From Amoebidium appalachense (lineage: Eukaryota > Protista > Ichthyosporea), in assembly GCA_963693365.1 (NCBI GenBank), contig CAVNZM010000003.1, positions 13,049,252 through 13,113,251 on the forward strand: a stretch of 64,000 nt of DNA. Direction: 5' to 3'. Position 1 is the first letter of the stretch. Each line of letters starts with the position of its first letter. Of this stretch, positions 22,122 through 33,457 are shown in pieces. The translations under genes were made by a program, and so were the position numbers. The notes beneath the pieces were generated by a model, which had not been told where the DNA came from, did not search any database, and was given only the letters and a program-made list of their open reading frames with translations.

Positions 22122-22449
22122 ATGGCGACTCCTGAAGGGGGGTTTCGGGGGACCGCCGGGGAGACCATGCCCGTGAACGTTATGGCGCGTAAGCGCCCCG
22201 AGAGCGCGCAAGCGCTCTCCCGCCTACGGCGCGTAGGCGCCCCCCCCCCCCCCCCAAAAAAAAACCCCCCCAAACGTAGCTCGGGGGTTTTTTTGGGGGG
22301 GTTTTTTTGGGGGGGGGGGGGGGGGGGGGGGCGCCTACGCGCCGTAGGCGGGAGAGCGCTTGCGCGCTCTCGGGGCGCTTACGCGCCATAACGTTCACGG
22401 GCATGGTCTCCCCGGCGGTCCCCCGAAACCCCCCTTCAGGAGTCGCCAT
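22122..22449. other. Palindrome centre: stacked short hairpins, C/A and G/T homopolymer runs, asymmetric loop at ~22275-22291
   Basis: GGCGC-GTAA-GCGCC (22184), GAGAGCGC-GCAA-GCGCTCTC (22200), CGCCTACG-GCG-CGTAGGCG (22221), then Cn-An-C7-AAA-CGTAGCTC-G5-T7-G7-T7-Gn and the mirror. Confidence 0.85.
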
Positions 22450-22605
22450 CTTACATTACAATTTTTTTTGCGCGTCCCCCAAAACTCGTTAAATTTAAAT
22501 TTTAATGTTTTGTTCTGATTGGGCACCGGGCCCGTTACAGGTCCTAACTCACACACGCGCGCTATATTATAATTTTTAACGTTTTGTTCTGATTGGGCCG
22601 GGCAT

Positions 22606-23532
22606 GTTACAGGTCCTAGTTGCGCATGTGCAGGCAGCTCCATATTTGACAATTCAGCACCTGGCTGGTTACAGGCGGTAACGTGCATGTGCAGGCAGCT
22701 CCATATTTGACAATTCAGCACCTGGCTGGTTACAGGCGGTAACGTGCATGTGCAGGCAGCTCCATATTTGACAAAGTATAACAAGGCAATGTTACGGGCG
22801 GTAACGTGCATGTGCAGGCAGCTCCATATTTGACAATTCAGCACCTGGCTGGTTACAGGCGGCAACGTGCATGTGCAGGCAGCTCCATATTTGACAAAGT
22901 ATAACAAGGCAATGTTACGAGCGGTAACGTGCATGTGCAGGCAGCTCCATATTTGACAATTCAGCACCTGGCTGGTTACAGGCGGCAACGTACATGTGCA
23001 GGCAGCTCCATATTTGACAAAGTATAACAAGGCAATGTTACGGGCGGTAACGTGCATGTGCAGGCAGCTCCATATTTGACAATTCAGCACCTGGCTGGTT
23101 ACAGGCGGCAACGTGCATGTGCAGGCAGCTCCATCTTTGACAAAGTATAACAAGGCAATGTTACGGGCGGTAACGTGCATGTGCAGGCAGCTCCATATTT
23201 GACAATTCAGCACCTGGCTGGTTACAGGCGGCAACGTGCATGTGCAGGCAGCTCCATATTTGACAAAGTATAACAAGGCAATGTTACGGGCGGTAACGTG
23301 CATGTGCAGGCAGCTCCATATTTGACAATTCAGCACCTGGCTGGTTACAGGCGGCAACGTGCATGTGCAGGCAGCTCCATATTTGACAAAGTATAACAAG
23401 GCAATGTTACGGGCGGTAACGTGCATGTGCAGGCAGCTCCATATTTGACAATTCAGCACCTGGCTGGTTACAGGCGGCAACGCGCATGTGCAGGCAGCTC
23501 CATATTTGACAAAGTAAAACAAGGCAATGCTG
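22606..23532 (-). repeat. Sub-terminal tandem array, right: same 123-bp unit, ~7 copies
   Basis: Reverse complement of the left array with two extra units. Confidence 0.95.
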
Positions 23533-23723
23533 TGGGTGCATGTGCAGGCAGGTCCGGGTCTGACAAAGCAAAAACAGGGCATGTTGCAGGTCCCAGTTGT
23601 GCATGTGCGGGCAGGCCCGGGTCCGACAAAGCAAAAACAGGGCATGTTGCAGGACACGATCGCGCATATCAGCGCCATCGCACTACAGCCCCAAAGCCCG
23701 GCCCTTCCACCTCCACGACACCG

Positions 23724-24860
23724 TCAGGCACACCATGGCACCCTCGGTGGCCGGGGCCCCCTCCAACTGCACACACAGCTGCGGCGTAATGCAAAGTCCT
23801 TGTTCCCGCGCGCGATGCTCTCTCGGTTCTGGTGCACCGGGCACCACGGGTTGTGGGGAATGGGGCTGGGGGCAGGCACCCCAAACACGGGCTTGAGGGC
23901 GGCCATGGCCGCCCTCCGGGCAAGGGCGCGGTGGTTGGCAAGCACGCCGCTGTCCCTCTCCTCCTCGGCCACAGGGGGGATGCCGAAGGGCCCGCAGGAG
24001 TCCAGGTATTCCTGCTCGGTGAAGCCGCGCACTTGCATGCAGTAGACGGGGTAGGCACGGGAGGCGGCAACTGAGGCCTCCTCGGCTGTGTCAAATCGGT
24101 TGCTGCCGGCGGGCAGGAAGGGCAACACGCGCTTGCTGCCCAGCCCCAGCACGTCGATGCAATCCTGTGGGCGGTGCCAGGCCGGTGCGGTGCTGGGGGT
24201 GTATGTGCGCACAAACTTGGGGTTGGCAGCCGTCTCCTTGAGCCGCCGCTTGTAGCTGTTGTAGCGCCTGCTGCGCACCACCAGGTTGCCAGTGCGGCAG
24301 TCGTGCGGGATGTTGTTGCGGTGGTCCACCATCAGGGCAGTGTGCACCGTCGGTGGGCGCCCCGCCCGCAGCAGCACCAGCTGGTGCAGGCCCGGCACAA
24401 ACGGCGCGTGGATGGTCTGCCCAGGCAGAAACAGGCGCAGGTAGGGGGCCGGTTCCGTGGTGCCCTGCCGCACACACAGCACCCACCGCAGCCGCACCAC
24501 CCAGGCCACATCCTCGGGGTCCACCAGGAAGCCCCCCACGTCCTCCACGTAGAGCCAGCCCCTTTCCACATCCGTCACGCCGACGGCAACGGGCCTCTCA
24601 TAGACAGTCTGCCGGGTCTGCACAGGGGCTCCGAGTTCTTCTCCCTCGCTGTCTTCGGCCTCCAAATCCCCTCTCCTCTCCACCACCACCATGCGGCCCG
24701 TGCCTGCACTCAATCCCGCCAGCGTGTCCACCACCTCCGGCCACGACACACCCGCACTGTGCTGGGCTATGAACCGCAGGTGCAGTGGCCACGAGTGACG
24801 GGGCGCACGCACCAGGGAAGGCAGCAGCAGGCCGGACATGGTTGCACTTGGAAGAGGCAC
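23724..24860 (-). CDS. HNH endonuclease-like protein with AP2-like C-terminal element (HNH-AP2 type)
   Basis: FLVDPEDVAWV..W, LHQLVL, VDHRNNIPHDCRTGNLVVRSRRYNSYKRR (HNH core) and RFDTAEEASVAA (AP2 helix motif); TATA-like TTTTATAC at 24951; start may be ATG 24839. Confidence 0.75.
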   Translation of the reverse strand: MPLPSATMSGLLLPSLVRAPRHSWPLHLRFIAQHSAGVSWPEVVDTLAGLSAGTGRMVVVERRGDLEAEDSEGEELGAPVQTRQTVYERPVAVGVTDVERGWLYVEDVGGFLVDPEDVAWVVRLRWVLCVRQGTTEPAPYLRLFLPGQTIHAPFVPGLHQLVLLRAGRPPTVHTALMVDHRNNIPHDCRTGNLVVRSRRYNSYKRRLKETAANPKFVRTYTPSTAPAWHRPQDCIDVLGLGSKRVLPFLPAGSNRFDTAEEASVAASRAYPVYCMQVRGFTEQEYLDSCGPFGIPPVAEEERDSGVLANHRALARRAAMAALKPVFGVPAPSPIPHNPWCPVHQNRESIARGNKDFALRRSCVCSWRGPRPPRVPWCA

Positions 24861-25857
24861 AGAAAAAAAAACAACGGTGGCTGCACCGGGTCTGGCTTTT
24901 CAGTTGCACACACACCGGACGGCTCTGTCAAATTTCAGCCCCTGCCCCACTTTTATACCCCACCCTTCCCAGCACAAAACGTCCACATGGGCCGGCCTTT
25001 TTCTGCTCCTTGGCAACTGTGAACTCCTCCTTGCACTTCCGCCAGCCTGTGAACCACACACGGCACACACCACCGGCACAGTCTGGGTCGTGCGACTGGG
25101 CCATGGTTCCTCTGCACATGCACAGAAAAAAATACGGGGGAGGGGGGAGGGGGGGGGGGGAGGGGGAGGTGGAGGGGGGGGGAGGGGGAGGGGGGAGGGG
25201 GAGGGGGGGGAACACACACCCCCCAAAATAAAAAATGAAAATAAAAATAAAATAAAAATAAAAATAAAAAACATACAGGCACGCCCACGTCCACCCCTTC
25301 CCCCCCGGGCCACACCCACAAAAAGCAATAAACAAACAATAAGAACAAAAACAAAAACACACAAGCACCACCCCAGTGTAAACAACTGTACACATGAACT
25401 GTACATGTTTACTAAAGAATGTGATCTACTAGCACACAATTCGTTCTTTGTCATGAATATCACATAAATATTATGTCCACACCAATAGGAATCAATCTTA
25501 CCTAAGAAATGAACCATGTATGATTCTACCGCTGCATACCACATAAACGAAGTGAACCAATAAGATGTTTGCATAAATAGGACGAAGGTCTGACTGGCTT
25601 GGACCGCACCAGAATCACGAATGGCATGTTGCCACCCGCGCTGGCCGCGGATGAAGCAATCCTGGGCCTTGATCCGAAACCTGGGGGCTATATAACAAAG
25701 CCGTCCCAGTACGGGGATCACATCAGTGAAGTCTGAGACAGACTGAGTCGGCCCATAGTAAAAGCAACCTGGCCGCGTGTGCCTTTCTACCCGTTCTCTG
25801 TCTTTATTTTGATTCAGTTGTACTCTGCCTTATCCTAACTAGTCCAACTGTTTACAT

Positions 25858-25875
25858 TGGCGACCGCGGCAGGAC
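25858..25875 (+). other. Primer-binding site complementary to the tRNA-Arg 3' end
   Basis: TGGCGACCGCGGCAGGAC is the reverse complement of GTCCTGCCGCGGTCG-CCA, as recalled for eukaryotic tRNA-Arg(TCG). Confidence 0.8.
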
Positions 25876-27923
25876 ACTGTTTTACATTGCCAACTGTTTA
25901 CATTGGCGACCGCGCAGTTCAAGAATCTCGCATCCTTCGAATCTCACATCTTTCAATCAGTTCAAGAATCTCACATCTTTCAATCAGCTCAAGAATCTCC
26001 CATGGCCGATCACAATCCTTATTACCCCGATGATAGGCACATCTTTCCTTCAAGTTGTCCGGCTTAGAATATATACACCGACAAGTTTGAAGTGGCCAGC
26101 CCACCTACACGGAAAGAATTGAAAGCATGTAAAACTTCTTTTGCTACGACACATCAAAAATGTGAAGAAAAACGAATACACAACGAAACAACGAATACAC
26201 GAACAAACGAATAAAGAATTGCTAACGAAGCAATGAACCAACGAAAAACGAACCATCACGAATACGCAATGAAATAAAGAATTAACGACAAGCGAATGCA
26301 TAGAGGAAATACGAATGAATGCAACACAAAACAAAACGAAGTAACGAAGTTATCAAACGACAAAAAACGAAAAACGAAAGCAAAATGAACTGGAAATACG
26401 AAAATGAAAGGACGAATGCACAACACTGCTTGGGTTGCAATGCACACAGCCCCCTCTATGTTAGGAAGAAAATAAAACCGTTGCCCTTGCGTGCATTGCC
26501 CTATTGCACACTGCCATCGTGTCCATGCCACCGCATGCACGTCCACACTCGCAAGCCAGATGCACGGCCACTTTCAGCACAAATGCACTTAACGAAGAAG
26601 ATAGTCGCTGTTGCTATAGCATGTAGGACCTAAGATCTTATGAAAGTAGTGTTGCATGCATGCTTCGAATCCCTTGCTGTTCTCGAATACAGCATGCCCC
26701 ATAGTTTAGCGCACAGGATGCACAACATGCGCATGAATGTATGCTGGCATGCCTAAACACATTACGAACATATGCCTGACTCATGTATGGCGGCCCTTCC
26801 TGGTGCCACGCCCTAACGAATTTGCACTCTTGGTGCACAAAAGGCATGTAATAAAGTCGATGCAGAACTTTTGTTCATGCATGTGAAAAACAAAGAAGGT
26901 GTTGGGTACGAATTTTAAGGTGAATGCCCGTCTGTGGCAATACTGTGTAACATACCAATTACACTGTCAAGCCTTGCACTAGCTGCCGGCACACCCCCAC
27001 CAGAACAAAAGAATGTGGTATGGGCACCGCTCCCTCACAACCCCATCATACAGTGTCAGTATTTTGGCTGGAAGCCTTTCAGTTTCGAATTACGAATACC
27101 CTCCTTCACTACTGAAGAAAGTGACGTGGAAGACAAATACGAATACGAATGCAAGGTGTTGTTGACTAACACATCGGACCATCATGTGTACCTACTAGGC
27201 CCTGGTACGGAGGTGACCATGTTATTCCCTTGCAATATGATGACACTGTAACAATTTAGCACGTGCATACCCCACCAATGGGCACATGCGGGAGACAACC
27301 CCACAAGCTGCCTTATTGGGCACCTCTGCTAAAACGAATATTCTTCTCACGAAGGAACAGAAGAATGCCACGAACACGAACCACACACCCCCCAGGCAGC
27401 TACTTACGTCTGATGTATGAAAGTAGTAGGTGTGTGAATGGGGTAACTACATGAACACCAACACGAAAGCAAGCACAGCACAAAGCAGTTCCACGAATAC
27501 GAATGGTTTTGGTATTCCACACAACGAACAGAACCTACAGTAGGGCCACCTACAAATGAAGCAGAGGATGGGGCACCATCCAGACCTGCACTGGAGGATA
27601 TGAAGATACGAAGCGCGCTCACGAAGTTGCTTACAAAAGAAAGGGCGACTGCGACGACTTTTCTTTTTAGGCCAAGCCTCCAGAAGAATGTATTATGCCT
27701 GGAATCCCCCTGCTCAACGAAAATGGCTGGCAAATGGGATACGAAAACTGCTCACGAATGGAAGCATGTGTTTTCTGAAGGAGGCTTGCTTTGCCTACCC
27801 TCTTCTTATGAATTATGAACCGGGCTTTTACTGGTTCTGACGGGTGATATATTTCTTTATGTCGCCCAACGAAGAACACTAAGTCTTGGGCATTTTTATT
27901 CTGTTTTTCCCAGCTCCGATGAT

Positions 27924-28380
27924 GCAGGGTTAAAGCTGAAAGGAAAGAAGTGCTCTTTGTTCATGAAAGAAGTGGCTTTTCCGGCCATGGTGACTCGCCT
28001 TACAGTCTTAAGGTAGAACCGGGATAAGGAGCAGCGGCTAAGCCTTGAAGCTATCCACCACTACCTGAGCTACGAAGTGACCTAAGGCTCGAGTTATATT
28101 CATTATCGAATGTTTGGTATGATCATTCATCCACACAACCAAATTACTCGCAATTGAAAACGAATCTGCGGGAGTATCCTAAAAAGGAAAAATTCCCAAA
28201 AAGGAAAATACTACTTCTACAGAAAAGCCAAGCACAGAGACGAAGGCTTAGCGAATTATTCGCACGCACACTCTGCAACAATCTTCGCCACGAAAATGAA
28301 ATCACAGAAGAATGCTGCATGAATTTACGTTTTGGCAAATGAAGAAGTGCTCATAGACGTGCACAACTCTATTCCACCGT
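27924..28380 (+). pseudogene. Degenerate gypsy pol remnant (RT thumb/connection region)
   Basis: AGLKLKGKKCSLFMKEVAF..GH, ELRS...YRMF and TEEC fragments, interrupted by frameshifts and stops. Confidence 0.65.
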
Positions 28381-29232
28381 CCTTGCTCTGTTCTGTCCAG
28401 CAGCTCGGCACACACAAGAATTCTCGCTGAAGGTTGTTTATCGCCTCTCAGCCTGGTGGTTTGCTTGTCTAACAACACCACCAGGCTCCCGACAAGGGGG
28501 GGAGTGTAAACAACTGTACACATGAACTGTACATGTTTACTAAAGAATGTGATCTACTAGCACACAATTCGTTCTTTGTCATGAATATCACATAAATATT
28601 ATGTCCACACCAATAGGAATCAATCTTACCTAAGAAATGAACCATGTATGATTCTACCGCTGCATACCACATAAACGAAGTGAACCAATAAGATGTTTGC
28701 ATAAATAGGACGAAGGTCTGACTGGCTTGGACCGCACCAGAATCACGAATGGCATGTTGCCACCCGCGCTGGCCGCGGATGAAGCAATCCTGGGCCTTGA
28801 TCCGAAACCTGGGGGCTATATAACAAAGCCGTCCCAGTACGGGGATCACATCAGTGAAGTCTGAGACAGACTGAGTCGGCCCATAGTAAAAGCAACCTGG
28901 CCGCGTGTGCCTTTCTACCCGTTCTCTGTCTTTATTTTGATTCAGTTGTACTCTGCCTTATCCTAACTAGTCCAACTGTTTACACCCAGTCACTCCAATC
29001 ACGCGCGCACCACGTCAAGCACCACCCCAGTCACTCCAAGAACGCGCGCACCACGTCGAGGCCCCACACAACCACGCCCTTGCCGTGTTGGGGCACCACT
29101 CCGGCTGTTTCCAGGCCGAGGAAGACATGTGCGAATTTCAAAAAACTTACTGTGCATTCCCTTGCCCTCACTGGGGCCCAGGCCTGCTGGGCAAGTTGCG
29201 CCGCTGGGGCCACGCACGCGCAGACACTGCCC

Positions 29233-29263
<31 letters not shown>

Positions 29264-29559
29264 GGGCCAATCAAACTGGGTCTAGCACCACGTAGATCAT
29301 GCAGCTACCGGGGTGGCTGCGTGCCGCGCACGGCAGTGCCTGCCTGTGGCAGCCGGTTTCGCAGATTTTCAGACCCCGTCATCCCGGCAACAGTCTGGCC
29401 CGTTTTAAAATCTTAATGGCTGAGCCGAAATTAGTTAGGGCAGTTTTTCATCTGAAATGTCACGGCCGCGTCTTGCCGATGGCTGCCCGTTACGAAACCC
29501 CGGGAGCCACTGGTCTGCACAGCCAGTTCGCCCCTCGGCCTCAGGGCAAAAAAAAAAAC

Positions 29560-30001
29560 ATGGCAAGAAAAAAGAAAAAGACAAGAGGGCTGTGCGAGCG
29601 CTGCCACAAGGAGGTGGCGTGCGCAGCCTGTAGCGACAGGGAGGGGGAAACGATATACGGCCTCTGCACTCTTTGCGGCCTTCTGATCAAATGCCCAAAA
29701 TGCACAAAAAACGTGCCCAGCTGGTGCCCGGAAAAGGGGTGCAAGGAGTGTTTGCAGTGGGACAAAGACGCGCCTACACGCTTTGAAAACGAAGACAAGG
29801 CATGGTATTCAGGACACACGTAGGCAGGCAGCGGGCGGACAGCAACGTGCCGTGCAAGGACGGGTGCAGGTTTTTGGAGGTGTGGGACAAGGACTGTCGG
29901 GCACGGCTGTTGAAGGCAGCCGGCAACGCGGTGGTGTGTGCCAAACTCAGACGGAGCACGGCCCCCCCAAAGAAGCGTGCCCGTTTCGAGGAAAACGGTA
30001 G
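29560..30001 (+). CDS. Small Cys-rich (multiple CxxC) basic protein; present only in the right arm; 3' end uncertain (stop at 29823 or spliced/frameshifted onward)
   Basis: MARKKKKTRGLCERCHKEVACAAC...CTLC..IKCPKC..CPEKGCKEC; an overlapping frame continues VPCKDGCRFLEVWDKDC...PPKKRAR. Confidence 0.45.
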
Positions 30002-32524
30002 GCAATCTACTCCCCCCGACTTTGGAACAGCCGCGCATCTTCTCCTTTCTCCCTCTCCCTCTCTCTCTCCCCGCTCTGTCTCGACGAAGCATTGCTGGGC
30101 TCTCCCTCCCTGCCTCCCTCCCTCTCTCTCCCTCTCTCCCCCCCCCTCTCTCCCTCCCTCTCTCCCCCTCTCTGTCTCGACGGAGCATTGCTGGGCCCTC
30201 TTCCCAGCCTCCTCCCCTTCCCCTGCCGCGCATCTTCAAGTTCTCCTTTCTCCCTCTCTTTCCCTCCCTCTCTCCCCCTCTCTGTCTCGACGGAGCATTG
30301 CTGGGCTCTCTGCCTGCCTCCCTCCCTTTCCCTCCCTCTCTCCCCCTCTCTCTCCCTCCCTCTCTCCCCCTCTCTGTCTCGATGGAGCATGGCTGGGCCC
30401 TCTGCCTGCCTCCTCCCCTTCCCCTGCCGAGCATCTTCAAGTTCTCCCTCTCTCCCCCTCTCTCCCCCTCCCTCTCTCCCCCTCTCTCTCCCTCTCTCTC
30501 TCCCCCTCTCTGTCTCAACGGAGCATTGCTGGGCCCTCTTCCCTGCCTCCCTCCCTCTCTCTCCCTCTCTCCCCCTCTCTGTCTCGACGAAGCATTGCTG
30601 GGCCCTCTTCCCTGCCTCCTCCCCTTCCCCTGCCGCGCATCTTCAAGTTCTCCTTTCTCCCTCTCTCTCCCTCTCTCCCCCCCCTCTCTCCCTCCCTCTC
30701 TCCCCCTCTCTGTCTCGACGAAGCATTGCTGGGCCCTCTTCCCTGCCTCCTCCCCTTCCCCTGCCGCGCATCTTCTCCTTTCTCCCTTTCTCTCCCTCCC
30801 TCTCTCCCCCTCTCTGTCTCGACGGAGCATTGCTGGGCTCTCTGCCTGCCTCCTCCCCTTCCCCTGCCTCCCTCCCCCCCCCCCCTCCTCTCAATGAAGC
30901 TTCCCGTGCTCTCTCTCTCAAACGACGCATCCCCGGGCTCTATCCGTCCCCTTCCCTCCCTCTCTCTCTGCCTCTACACCGTAATGCGCATGTACGGCTT
31001 CTGACCCCCCCCCCCCCCCCCTCCCCACACACACACCTCTACACACACAGTGGAGGAGCACACCCGGACCGCCACTGTGACAGCACGGCCGCGGTACCTC
31101 GATTTAAGTAAACCATACAAGACCGACACCATGACCATCATGAGAAGATGCAAAAACAAAAGACCAAACACACGAAGCGGAAATAAAGCAGGGGAGGGAG
31201 GGAAGGGAGGGGAGGAAGGGAAGGGAGGGGAGGGGGGGAGGAAGGGAAGGGAGGGGAGGGGGGGAGGAAGGGAAGGGAGGGGAGGGGGGGAAGGGGGAGC
31301 CCCCCCAGCCTCAGACAGGTGGAGGGAAGGCTGTAGCCTCGAAGGGGAAGGCTAAGGCTGTAGCCTCGAAGGGGAAGGCTGTAGCCTCGAAGGGGATGGG
31401 TGCAGCCTCGAAAGGGAAGGCTGCATTCTCGAAGGGGAAGGCTGCAGCCTCGAAGGGGAAGGGGAAGGGGAAGGGGGCAGCCTCGGGCAGGGGGGAGTAG
31501 GGGGGGGGGGATAGGGGTAACCACGAAGTCCAAATGTGTAGCTACGTGTGTGTGTGGGTGATTTCAGTCATCGGTGCGGCCTGTGGCTGTTTGCACTGTA
31601 TAGATACATATGCAGTTTTATTCAGGCCCTTGGGTCACAGTGGTGCTCTATTCACCAATTAAAATGTTTTTTTGCCGCACAGGCTGTGTGGTGCTCTCTC
31701 CACCAACCAGATTTGACAATTACCAACCCCCCCCCCAAAAAAAAAGAAAAAGGAAAGAATAAAAAATCGCTATTACTTGCACATCCCGGCACCCCCCCCC
31801 CCCCCCCCCCCCCCATCCTCACTCCCCCTCCCACACCCAATGGCAAAAAGGGATAAAGATATAAGCATAGCAGCCCCCCCCCCCCCCCAAAAAAAAAAAA
31901 AAAAAAAAGAAAAAGGAAAGAAATAAAAAATCGCTAATATTACTTGCACATCCCGGCACCCCCCCCCTCCCCCCATCCTCACTCCCCCTCCCACACCCAA
32001 TGGCAAAAAGGGATAAAGATATAAGCATAGCAGTCCCCCCCCCCTCCCCCCCCCGAAAAAAGAAAAAGGGAAGAAAAAAAAATTGGTATTATTCCTTGCA
32101 CAAAGGAGAAAGGGGAAGGGGGAGGGGGGGGGGGGGGTAGGGGGGGTATAGGTAGGGGTAGGGGGGTTAGAGGTGGGGTTGGGGGGGGGGGGGGGAGGGG
32201 GGAGGGGTAGGGGGGGTAACTATAGAGTCCACTTGTGTAGCCACTTGTGTGTGTGTGCCTCCGACTCTCAGCGTGGCCTGTGGCCTTTTGCACCCCATGT
32301 ATATGCAGTTTTATTCACATCATCGGGTGGTGTTCTCTCCACCAATAAATGAGTTTTTTTTTGCCGCTTAGACTGTGTGGTGCACTCTCTACAAACCAGA
32401 TTTGACAATTGCCAACCCCCTGTCCATGCAGCCCCTCTCCCCCGTGCCAGTTACTGTGGAAGTCAACCTCAAATCGCCAAATTCACGCTCACGTTTGCCA
32501 TGGAAAGGCACACACGCACACGTG

Positions 32525-32890
32525 CTATGCCGACGGTGGGCCGGAGATCGCCGAAGGTGCCGTCTGCGCACTCGCGAATAATTTGCGCTGGGTGTGGGCT
32601 TCCTGTGCAGCCATCAAATCGTCTTGACAGTCCCTGCACATTAACATGGGCCACCTGTGAATACATATTACCACCTCCAGGCACTTCCTGCACGGCTGTC
32701 TTTGGCCGTGGACACACTTAAACGAGCTGCAGTCTTCGCACTCAGCCGTTGCTTTGTTGTGAAGACACTTCTTGCATTTTGCGCACTTCTTCTTGTGCTT
32801 TTTGTGCACACAAAACGAGCCGCCTCCACAAAGTCTGCACACGTACTTCCTCTTATTGTGAGGGCACATACGATGAACTCTCCCGGCCAT
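32525..32890 (-). CDS. CxH...CxxC repeat protein, right-arm copy
   Basis: Mirror of 18027-18392. Confidence 0.7.
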   Translation of the reverse strand: MAGRVHRMCPHNKRKYVCRLCGGGSFCVHKKHKKKCAKCKKCLHNKATAECEDCSSFKCVHGQRQPCRKCLEVVICIHRWPMLMCRDCQDDLMAAQEAHTQRKLFASAQTAPSAISGPPSA

Positions 32891-33457
32891 GCTGAACAGG
32901 CGGACTGCAGCTGTGATACGCACACACTGACAAGGTTTTGACCAGCACGTGTCTTTTATAGCCGCACCCCTCCCAGCACAAACACGGCCACATAGGCGCT
33001 GCTTGGGTGCATACAGACGTCTTTTTTGGCTGTGTTGGAACTTGGCAAATCCCGGATCGGCCCTTTCATTGGCTCCCGCAGTGGCCACACGTCCACGTGG
33101 GCCCTGCTTGGCCCTACTCGCCAAATTGTTCATTTAGCGCCGCACCCCTCCCAGCACAAACACGGCCACATAGGCGCTGCTTGGGTGCATACAGACGTCT
33201 TTTTTGGCTGTGTTGGAACTTGGCAAATCCCGGATCGGCCCTTTCATTGGCTCCCGCAGTGGCCACGCGTCCACGTGGGCCCTGCTTGGCCCTATCCGCC
33301 AACTGAACTGTTCATTTAGAGCCGCACACTGCAAAACGTCTCCATAGGCGCAGTTTGGCGCAGTTGGGCCCTTACTTTTTGCGCCGGATAGGCTCTCCCT
33401 CCATCTAACGTCAACGGCGTGCGCAGGCCTCTGTGTGCGGTGGTGGGGAGGGGTGGT

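Larger units (their letters stand above)
11758..22274 (+). repeat. Left arm of giant inverted repeat (carries an internal deletion at ~20640)
   Basis: 11758-20643 is the reverse complement of ~30311-39212, and 20640-22274 is the reverse complement of ~22292-24178; mirrored ORFs in the ORF track. Confidence 0.95.
25377..28984 (+). mobile_element. Non-autonomous Ty3/gypsy-derived LTR retrotransposon (3.6 kb)
   Basis: 480-bp LTRs TGTAAAC...GTTTACA at 25377-25856 and 28505-28984; 5-bp TSD CCCAG (25372-25376, 28985-28989); PBS; PPT AAGGGGGGGAG at 28494-28504. Confidence 0.95.

Noticed and set aside
21286-23532. CRISPR-like repeat-spacer appearance
   Set aside because: Only two linkers alternate, there are no unique spacers, no cas genes, and the context is eukaryotic
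21140-23678. 326-aa and 427-aa Cys-rich ORFs
   Set aside because: They arise from a 123-bp (3n) tandem repeat lacking stops in one frame; no independent coding evidence
24900-28849. ORFs 24900-25721 and 28469-28849 sharing an N-terminus
   Set aside because: Antisense readings of the two LTR copies
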